DNA of 64,000 nt. Source: an uncultured Spirochaetota bacterium. GTDB lineage: Bacteria > Spirochaetota > Spirochaetia > SZUA-6 > Fen-1364. Of this stretch, positions 56,600-64,000 are shown in pieces. The notes under the pieces were generated by a model that searched no databases, was not told the origin of the DNA, and saw only the letters and a list, made by a program, of their open reading frames with translations. Every line of letters begins with the position of its first letter. Positions within the stretch are counted from its first letter, which is position 1. The position numbers and the translations under genes were made by a program. Location: contig CAWGAA010000001.1 in NCBI GenBank assembly GCA_963820525.1, positions 3,072,001 to 3,136,000 on the forward strand. Reading direction: 5' to 3'.

Positions 56600-59563
56600 G
56601 TGCCGATCCCGGATACGTGCATCATTACGGCTTCGGATGAGCGGCAGGCAGGCGTTTTTCGCGCTCTCCTCGGGCGGCGGATCGATCGAGGCCTGTACCC
56701 GCGCGAGATCGACTTCCGGGTGTATTCGGATCCTCCCGCCGGCAGAGCCGGATCAGGGGGAGCTACGATCTGGGCGCTTGTGAGCCTTCTGCGCGACGAA
56801 GGGCTGGACCTCACAAAGGGCTGTGAGATGAGCGGCGTCGAGGAAGCGCTCGAGCGGCTTGCGTCGCGACGCATTCTGGTGATCCACGCGGGCGGGGAAG
56901 CGCGCCGACTTCCTTCGTATATACCCGAAGGGAAGATTTTCGCCCCCGTGCCTGCCGCTTCCAGCTCGCTCCTCCCGCCGGTTGTGCTGGATGTCGAGCT
57001 GTCACTCTTCCTGAGATATCCCTGGAGAGACGGAGAGCTGCTCGTCACCTCGGGTGACGCGGTGGTCGACTTCAACACCGTCCTGCTGAACCTCCCGGAG
57101 GCGCCGCTGTGCGGCTTCTCCGCACCCCAAAGCTTCGAGCGGGGATCGCGTCACGGCGTGTTCGCATTTGATCCTCGCTCGGGAGCCGTGCGCGACTACC
57201 ACCAGAAAGCCTCGCCCGAGTTCCTTGGGCGCGAAGCGAGGATTGAAGGCACAGAGTCCTGTGCAGTCGACCTCGGTCCCGTATCTTTCCGCGCAGAAGC
57301 GCTCCGGGCCCTTCTTTCAAGCGCGGCGACGCCGCTTCCCGGCGGCAGCATCGCGGAGCGTATAGGCAGGGGAGGGCTGCCGCTCGATCTCTATCTCGAG
57401 CTGCTCACTGCCTGCCTGGGAAGTCTCGACAGGGAGGCCTACCTCTCGAGATTGGAAGGCAGGAGCGCGGCGCCGAAGGAAATCCTGGAACTGCTTTTCA
57501 GGTCGTTCCATCCCTGCGGTCTGTCCGGCGCGCTCGTGAGGCAGACCTCGTTCATCCACTTTGGCAGCGTTTCTGAGTTTCCCGAGGCCTGCCGTGAGCT
57601 TCAAATCCGTCAGCTGCTCCCGTTCTACGCGCTCGCCCACGAAGAGCTGGTTCCCGAGGCCGGCCCATCCATCGTCTGCTTCAACTCCTGGGACACGGAA
57701 GTGGACTCTGGCTCGGGCGGCGTGTGCGTCGAGGGCTGCCGCGGCGTAAAGATCGCCTGCGAAGGAGAGAACCTCCTTGTCGGGCTCAAGGATTTGATCC
57801 TTCCCGCGGCCCTGCCTCGGGGAATCTGCTTGGACGAGCGAAGATTTCTCGATGAAGGCACCAGGGTAACGCTCCGCCTCGTTTATCACAGGGATGACAC
57901 ATTCAAGCCGCAGCCGAAGATGGACGACCTGATCTTCTGCGGCCGCCCCCTGCCGGAGTGGCTGAGGGAGCGCAGCCTGTCCGCTGATGATATTTTCCCG
58001 ACCGGCGCCGGGAGAGATCTCTACGGGGCGGATCTGTTCGCCGCCGGCGCCGATGGGGAACGCCTTGAAGGCTATTGGCGCCCCCCCTCGAACAAAACAT
58101 CGTGGGCCGGATGGTTTCGATCGGCGCGCCGCTACTCCATCGCCGTCGCGAATTCGCTCACCGATGCCGCTGTTCGGGACTCGGAGCGTTCCGAAGCGCG
58201 CCGCAAAAAGATTGCGCACGGCATCGAGGCAGGCGGCTTCTTCGCGGTTCCTGCCATGGAGTTCACCGAGCTCGTCAACGACGGCCTGGATGTGGCCCCC
58301 CTTGTCAGGCGATGCGGCGCGACCGACGAGCCGCTTCTGAAAGCCTACCGAAGCGCCGTCCTTCGCGCGGCACGGGTTTCAGGCGTGCCGCCCGCTGACC
58401 GGGTGGAAGTGCCATTCGCGCCTCGAGCGGCGGGCGGGTCCCTGCGATGCGCGGTCAAGCTCGATCAGATCGTCTGGGCCCGCTCACCGGTGCGCCTTGA
58501 TCTGGCCGGGGGATGGACGGACACCCCGCCGTACACCAACCGCTACGGCGGCGCTGTTCTGAACGTTGCCGTGGACCTGAACGGCCAGAGCCCGATCCAG
58601 GTATTCGCGCGGCGCACGCCCGAGCCGCGGCTCACGCTGCATTCGATAGACCTTGGATCCACGGAGGTCATAACGGACACCGCCAGCTTGCGGGGCTACG
58701 AGGACCCGGGCAGCCCATTTGCCCTGCCGCGGGCCGCGCTCGTTCTCCTTGGCCTGGGTACCGGGCAGGCCGACGGTGCTCCGCTCGCCCCGGCGTTCGA
58801 AGCAGCCGGCGGCGGCCTCGAGCTGACCCTGCTCTGCGCGGTGCCGAAGGGATCGGGCCTCGGAACCTCGTCAGTTCTTGCGGGCACGATCCTGGCTGCG
58901 CTGGAGCGTTTCTACGGCATTGCCGCGCCGCGCGACGAGCTTTTCCTGCAGGTCCTCGAGATGGAGCAGATGCTCACCACGGGCGGCGGCTGGCAGGACC
59001 AGATCGGCGGCCTCGTGGGCGGGGTCAAGTACGTCGAGTCGCGGCCGTCCCTGAAGCCGCGGCCGGTTGTCCACCAGCTCGACCCCTGGATGTTCGAATC
59101 CGCTGAATGCACGGAAAAGATGACCCTTTTCTATATCGGGGTCACCCGGCTCGCAAAAAGCATCCTCAAGGACGTGGTGGACCGGGTCAACGGCATGGGG
59201 AGGGCCTATCTGTTCACCCACGACCGCATCCGTGAGCTTGCCCGGGAGGGGCGCGATGCGATTGCGCTTCGTGACCTGGGGCGCCTCTCCCGCGTCATCG
59301 CCGAATCGTTTCGGGAGAACAAGCTCGTGCACGCCAGCACAACGAACGACGAGATCGAGGCGGTGATCGCCGCAACGGCTCCATTCACCTCCGGCATGAA
59401 GCTCCTGGGCGCCGGCGGGGGCGGCTTTGCGCTCTTTCTCTCTCCCGACACCTCCGCTGCCCGCTCGCTGCGCTCCCTTCTATCGGAGCGCTTTGAAAAC
59501 GACCGCGCGCGCCTCGTGGATTTTTCTCTCAACAAAGTCGGATTGGAAGTGACTGTGAGCTGA
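56600..59563 (+). CDS. Bifunctional fucokinase / fucose-1-phosphate guanylyltransferase-like protein
   Basis: GSGGAT, HAGG..RRLP, RLDLAGGWTDTPP, PKGSGLGTSS, GGGWQDQ, KLLGAGGGG. Confidence 0.85.
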   Translation: MPIPDTCIITASDERQAGVFRALLGRRIDRGLYPREIDFRVYSDPPAGRAGSGGATIWALVSLLRDEGLDLTKGCEMSGVEEALERLASRRILVIHAGGEARRLPSYIPEGKIFAPVPAASSSLLPPVVLDVELSLFLRYPWRDGELLVTSGDAVVDFNTVLLNLPEAPLCGFSAPQSFERGSRHGVFAFDPRSGAVRDYHQKASPEFLGREARIEGTESCAVDLGPVSFRAEALRALLSSAATPLPGGSIAERIGRGGLPLDLYLELLTACLGSLDREAYLSRLEGRSAAPKEILELLFRSFHPCGLSGALVRQTSFIHFGSVSEFPEACRELQIRQLLPFYALAHEELVPEAGPSIVCFNSWDTEVDSGSGGVCVEGCRGVKIACEGENLLVGLKDLILPAALPRGICLDERRFLDEGTRVTLRLVYHRDDTFKPQPKMDDLIFCGRPLPEWLRERSLSADDIFPTGAGRDLYGADLFAAGADGERLEGYWRPPSNKTSWAGWFRSARRYSIAVANSLTDAAVRDSERSEARRKKIAHGIEAGGFFAVPAMEFTELVNDGLDVAPLVRRCGATDEPLLKAYRSAVLRAARVSGVPPADRVEVPFAPRAAGGSLRCAVKLDQIVWARSPVRLDLAGGWTDTPPYTNRYGGAVLNVAVDLNGQSPIQVFARRTPEPRLTLHSIDLGSTEVITDTASLRGYEDPGSPFALPRAALVLLGLGTGQADGAPLAPAFEAAGGGLELTLLCAVPKGSGLGTSSVLAGTILAALERFYGIAAPRDELFLQVLEMEQMLTTGGGWQDQIGGLVGGVKYVESRPSLKPRPVVHQLDPWMFESAECTEKMTLFYIGVTRLAKSILKDVVDRVNGMGRAYLFTHDRIRELAREGRDAIALRDLGRLSRVIAESFRENKLVHASTTNDEIEAVIAATAPFTSGMKLLGAGGGGFALFLSPDTSAARSLRSLLSERFENDRARLVDFSLNKVGLEVTVS

Positions 59564-59564
59564 G

Positions 59565-60617
59565 ATGAACATGTACGCACCTCTTGGGCGGCCTTCGCTC
59601 TGGTGGCGGGCTCTTCGATACCATTTCGTTCCCCCCAGTTTCCTGCCGGCCGCGCTGGGGGCCGTGGTTGCCTGGGCGATAACGGGAAAGTTCTTCCTTG
59701 GATACTATGTCGTGGTGATGCTCGCCGTGACGTTGAACCACATTGCGCTCAACATGACCGACGATTACTACGACTTCATGCATTCCGTGGATCAGGCCTC
59801 GGGCCGCGAGAGAAACCCCTATTCCGGCGGCAGCGGCCTTCTCACCTCCGGCGCGCTGAAACCCGCAAGCATGCGCCTCGCCTTCCTCAGCCTGTACCTG
59901 TTCGCGTGCGCCGCCGGTGTCTACCTGACGGTGACCCGCGGCTGGCCCGTGCTTGCGTTCGGGCTTGTTGGCGTGCTGTGCGCGTACTTCTACACGGCGC
60001 CGCCCATCCGCTATGCCTACCGCGGCTTTGGCGAGGTCTCCCAGCTCGTCAACTTCAGCCTTACCATCGGCCTGGGGTCCTACTTCGTACAGGCGCAGGC
60101 GCTTTCCTGGGAGGCAGTGCTGGCAGTTCTGCCTCTCGGCCTGATGATGTTCTCCATGATCACCATCAACGAGATTCCCGACGCGCACGACGACGGGGCG
60201 GGAGGCAAGCGGACGCTGGTGGTGCGCTTCGGAAGGCCGGCGGCCGTATGGCTGTACGGCGCCGGGCTCGCGATTGCCTATCTCGTCATCCTCGTCTCCC
60301 CTCTCGTCGGCCTGGCAACCTACTGGATCTTTCTCGGTCTCCTCACTCTCCCCTGGTCCATAAGAGCGTTCGCCGTGCTTCGGAAAAACTTCACGAACCC
60401 CGCGGCCATGTCCCCGGCGAACATGCTCACCATCCGCGCGCACAACCTGACCGGGCTCCTGCTGATTGCGGCATACATCATCAGGGGAGCCGTGGGGCAG
60501 CGCCCCTTGCGGCAGATGGCGATCCCCCTTGTCCTCCTCCTGGTCCTGTATTTTCCGGTGGCAGTCACGATATTCCTCCCACCACGCGGCCTGCATCCTC
60601 GCGAGGGCATGGATTGA
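59565..60617 (+). CDS. UbiA/MenA-family prenyltransferase
   Basis: DDYYD...D, YSGGSG, YTAPP, NEIPD...D...GKRTL. Confidence 0.88.
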   Translation: MNMYAPLGRPSLWWRALRYHFVPPSFLPAALGAVVAWAITGKFFLGYYVVVMLAVTLNHIALNMTDDYYDFMHSVDQASGRERNPYSGGSGLLTSGALKPASMRLAFLSLYLFACAAGVYLTVTRGWPVLAFGLVGVLCAYFYTAPPIRYAYRGFGEVSQLVNFSLTIGLGSYFVQAQALSWEAVLAVLPLGLMMFSMITINEIPDAHDDGAGGKRTLVVRFGRPAAVWLYGAGLAIAYLVILVSPLVGLATYWIFLGLLTLPWSIRAFAVLRKNFTNPAAMSPANMLTIRAHNLTGLLLIAAYIIRGAVGQRPLRQMAIPLVLLLVLYFPVAVTIFLPPRGLHPREGMD

Positions 60618-60755
60618 CGCCGGCTTCACGCTCACGGGAGCGCCCCGGGGCCCGCGGCAGCAGTATTCACTTGCCGCGATGATAGTTTTATAGTAAAATC
60701 ATTTTAGTATCAAATGAAAATCCGCCACGGCGGAATTCTCCGCGGGAGGTCACGA

Positions 60756-61244
60756 ATGCCTGAAGGTGAGGCCGGAACGAAGACGCTGAAAGACAATGGC
60801 CCGCAGTCGGACCGCCGAACCGCGAGCCGCTTTCTCGAGCTTCTGGGGGCGATGAAGCGATACGCGCGCGAGGAGCTTCCCCCCTTCCCCGAGCGCGGCA
60901 TGAGCGAAGAAAAGTTCCGCTCCCTCTTGGGCCTTCGGCTTCTCGGCAGGGCCCCGCTCAAGTCTCTCGCGGCGCACGACGGTCTGTCCGCTTCGGCGCA
61001 GTGCATCATGCTGAACCGGCTCGTCGAGGAGGGGTTCGCGGAACGCACCGCAGATCCGCGCGACCGGCGGAGCGTGTTCTACGAGCTGAACGATTCTGGC
61101 CTGGCTCTGTTGAACGCGGAGATTGCACGTCGCACCGACCTTCTCAGCTCCAGCCTCGATCGGCTGGGCAAGAGCGAGAAGGCCCGTTTCGCGCGGGCAA
61201 TCGAAACCCTCCTCGCCGGGGTGGCGAAGCTGCGGTGCACCTAG
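60756..61244 (+). CDS. MarR family transcriptional regulator
   Basis: LNRLVEEG...R..DPRDRR...LNDSG. Confidence 0.85.
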   Translation: MPEGEAGTKTLKDNGPQSDRRTASRFLELLGAMKRYAREELPPFPERGMSEEKFRSLLGLRLLGRAPLKSLAAHDGLSASAQCIMLNRLVEEGFAERTADPRDRRSVFYELNDSGLALLNAEIARRTDLLSSSLDRLGKSEKARFARAIETLLAGVAKLRCT

Positions 61245-61422
61245 CGCCGCGTCTTACGCAGTGCACAAGAAAGGCAGCAAGATGGCAAGGATGAAAGCGG
61301 CTGGAACAGGCCGCAGCGGCCTTTGAGAAGATGATGGCTTCGAAAGTCCATTTCCGCGCAGTCTTGAAGATGGACGCGGGACTCAAGCGAGGGAAAGCGG
61401 AGAAATGAGAGGTCAGGAGGCA

Positions 61423-62145
61423 ATGGCCATGGAAGATCTATTGGCGATGATCGAGAAGCGGCAGTCGGCGCGGACTCCTTTCGACTCCAAGCGCGCGATA
61501 CCGAAGGAGCATCTGCGGCAGATCCTGGAGGCGGCGCGCTGGTCGCCCACGGCGCACAACATGCAGAACTATGAGGTGATTGTCGTCGACGACCGGAAGC
61601 TTCTTGAAAGCCTGGGGGCAATCCAAAGCTCGGTTTCCGAGAGCTTCATCAGGGAGAACTACCGGCAGCTTTCCTTCTCGGAAGAGGAGCTGAAGAAGAA
61701 AAAGGTCGGAATCCTCGCAGCGGTGTTCCCGCCTTCGTGGAGAACTCCCGGAGTCTCACCGAAGCCGGGGGCGGATGCGGAGGCGCCTTCCCAGACCCGG
61801 CTCGTGCAAGCGAGTGCAGCCCTTGTCGTCGTGCTCTATGACCCCGCGCGGAGGGCGCCCGCCTCTGAGGGTGACTTCCTGGGCATCATGAGCCTCGGCT
61901 GCGTCATGCAAAACATGTGGCTTGCGGCCCACTCACTCGGAATCGGTTTTCAAATCCTCAGCGCTTATAGCGCTGAGAACGTGGAAGGCGAGGTGAAGAG
62001 AATCCTCGGCATTCCCGCTCATCTCAAGATCGCCTTCTCCGCCCGTCTGGGCTACCCGCTCTCCTCGCCGGGCTACCTTCGGGTCCGGCGCGACGTGGAG
62101 GACTTCGTGCACCGCAACCACTACGGCAACAAGGAGATCGGCTGA
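61423..62145 (+). CDS. Nitroreductase family protein
   Basis: KRQSAR, ARWSPTAHNMQ, QNMWLAAHSLGIG. Confidence 0.9.
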   Translation: MAMEDLLAMIEKRQSARTPFDSKRAIPKEHLRQILEAARWSPTAHNMQNYEVIVVDDRKLLESLGAIQSSVSESFIRENYRQLSFSEEELKKKKVGILAAVFPPSWRTPGVSPKPGADAEAPSQTRLVQASAALVVVLYDPARRAPASEGDFLGIMSLGCVMQNMWLAAHSLGIGFQILSAYSAENVEGEVKRILGIPAHLKIAFSARLGYPLSSPGYLRVRRDVEDFVHRNHYGNKEIG

Positions 62146-62146
62146 A

Positions 62147-63655
62147 ATGGCTCTTTTCCCGCGGAGATCGCAATTGCCCGCCGGCGCCCGGAAGGGCATC
62201 GAATACAAGTGGATCGCCCTCAGCGTGACGACGATCGGGGCGCTCATGGCCTCCATCGACGCCACGATCGTCATCCTTGCCCTTCCGGACATGATGGTGA
62301 AACTTCATGCCGGCCTGGTCGAGATGATCTGGGTGATCATGTCGTACATCCTCGTGAGCACGGTGTTCCTGCTCACCATCGGCCGCGTGGCGGACATGTT
62401 CGGCCGCGTCCGGCTCTACAACCTGGGATTCGTGGTGTTCACCGTCGGATCGGCGTTGTGCGGCTTTTCTCAAAGCTCGGCGGCGCTCATCCTCTTTCGA
62501 GTCGTCCAGGGCTCGGGCGCCGCGCTCATGATGGTGAACAGCCCCGCGATCATCACCGAGGTTTTCCCGCCGCACGAGCGGGGCCGAGCGCTCGGCATCA
62601 ACGGCATCACCTGGGCGATCGGCGGAATCGCCGGCCCTCTGCTCGGGGGATTGATCCTCGCCGCCGCCAACTGGCGCTGGATCTTCTTCATCAACGTGCC
62701 GATCGGCATCCTGGGCACGGCGTGGGGTATCTATTCGCTCAAGGAGATGTCCGTCCGCAACCGCACGGAAAAATTCGACCTGCTCGGCGCCGCGACCTTC
62801 AGCGTCGGTCTCGTCGCCCTGCTCTTCGCCCTGACCCTTGGCATCGAGTACAGCTGGACCTCGCTCCCGATAGTGTCGCTCTTCATTCTGTTCGCTCTGA
62901 TGCTCGTGCTGTTCTTCGTCCGGGAGCGGCACGCCGCCAGCCCGGTTCTGGACTTCAGCCTCTTCGCCAATCGCGTGTACAACTTCTCGGTCCTCGCCGC
63001 GATGCTCCAGGCCCTTGCGGTCTTTGCCGTCAATTTCCTCGTCATCTTCTATCTCCAGGGAGTCCGGGGCTACAGTCCTCTCACGGCGGCGCTCCTGCTT
63101 ATCCCGTTTTCAGTCGTCAGCTCGGTGATAGGCCCCCTGAGCGGCCGGCTTTCCGACCGTATCGGGGCGCGGCTTCCCGCCACCGTCGGCCTCCTCGTGC
63201 AGGGCGTGGCGCTCATTTGGTTTGTCGGCTGGCTCGCGCCCACCACGCCATACTGGGCGATCGCCGTGGGGCTTGTCCTGATGGGGCTGGGCGGAGGCCT
63301 TTTCTGGTCGCCGAACACCAGCGCGGCGATGAACGCCGCCCCGCGCCATCGCCTGGGCATCGCCTCGGCGACCCTCGCCACACTGCGCCAGACGGGAATG
63401 GTCACCAGCTTCGCGCTCGCCCTGGCGGTGGCGGCCGGGAGCCTTCCGCGCCAAGTAATGATGCAGCTCTTCGTGGGGACCGACGTCTCGCTGGGCTCGA
63501 CGGCGATGCAGGCTTTCGTCGTGGGCATCCGCAGCACTTTCATCGTCTCGGTGGGCCTGTGCGTCGTCGCGGCGGCTCTGTCGCTCGTGCGCGGCAAAGA
63601 AAACCGAAGGATGGCAGACCCGCCGACGAACACCCGCGATGACGTAAGATCATAG
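62147..63655 (+). CDS. MFS efflux transporter (DHA2 type)
   Basis: DATIVILALP, GRVADMFGR, GPLLGG, WRWIFFINVPIG. Confidence 0.92.
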   Translation: MALFPRRSQLPAGARKGIEYKWIALSVTTIGALMASIDATIVILALPDMMVKLHAGLVEMIWVIMSYILVSTVFLLTIGRVADMFGRVRLYNLGFVVFTVGSALCGFSQSSAALILFRVVQGSGAALMMVNSPAIITEVFPPHERGRALGINGITWAIGGIAGPLLGGLILAAANWRWIFFINVPIGILGTAWGIYSLKEMSVRNRTEKFDLLGAATFSVGLVALLFALTLGIEYSWTSLPIVSLFILFALMLVLFFVRERHAASPVLDFSLFANRVYNFSVLAAMLQALAVFAVNFLVIFYLQGVRGYSPLTAALLLIPFSVVSSVIGPLSGRLSDRIGARLPATVGLLVQGVALIWFVGWLAPTTPYWAIAVGLVLMGLGGGLFWSPNTSAAMNAAPRHRLGIASATLATLRQTGMVTSFALALAVAAGSLPRQVMMQLFVGTDVSLGSTAMQAFVVGIRSTFIVSVGLCVVAAALSLVRGKENRRMADPPTNTRDDVRS

Positions 63656-63681
63656 CACGCGGCGGACGCCATCGTCCGCGC

Positions 63682-64000
63682 TCATATCTCCACGCCGCCG
63701 CGCTGGGTTTCGTAGAGTTTCTTGAAATAGCCGTCCCGCGCCGCAAGCTCTTCGGGGTTTCCCCGTTCCACGATCCGTCCCGCCTCCACGACGAGCACGG
63801 CATCCGCGTCGCGGATGGTGGAAAGACGGTGCGCAATGATGAAGCTCGTGCGGCCCCTCATCAACTCCATCATCCCCCGCTGGATGTGAAGCTCCGTGCG
63901 CGCATCCACGGAGCTCGTGGCCTCGTCCAGGATCAGGAAGGTGGGCGCGGCGAGGACCGCCCGCGCAATGGAGATCAGCTGGCGCTGACCCTGGCTCAAG
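63682..64000 (-). CDS. ABC transporter ATP-binding protein, C-terminus (partial)
   Basis: [27 protein letters not shown]. Confidence 0.92.
   Translation of the reverse strand, partial: LSQGQRQLISIARAVLAAPTFLILDEATSSVDARTELHIQRGMMELMRGRTSFIIAHRLSTIRDADAVLVVEAGRIVERGNPEELAARDGYFKKLYETQRGGVEI

Overview
High-GC bacterial chromosome segment, probably from an environmental spirochaete (a low-certainty inference from gene content). It carries housekeeping and metabolic genes (hisA, aroK, galU, phoH, fabI, kamA, guaB, sixA), a two-component pair, a beta-1,3-glucan utilisation locus (GH149-like, GH16, ABC transporter, ROK), an Fkp-like fucose salvage enzyme and a MarR/nitroreductase/MFS unit. An AT-rich island at about 8.2-25.3 kb is largely an integron-like gene-cassette array read on the minus strand. 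It has a promoter and terminal core site at about 25.07-25.13 kb and four branched attC-like linkers. Four cassettes end in 16-20 bp inverted repeats, each with a G-T mismatch at the same position (+11). Cassettes in order: an IS91-family HUH transposase; a flavin reductase; a 6.9-kb five-gene Dcm/GHKL-ATPase/Z1/PD-(D/E)XK/Vsr module; a divergent class III nucleotidyl cyclase-like gene; and a small protein + HEXXH protein + dCTP deaminase operon. An IS1182 sits exactly in a GTT core site and an IS1634 lies at the distal end. No integron integrase or other tyrosine recombinase is visible in the window. All calls are from reading sequence and motifs; no searches were run.
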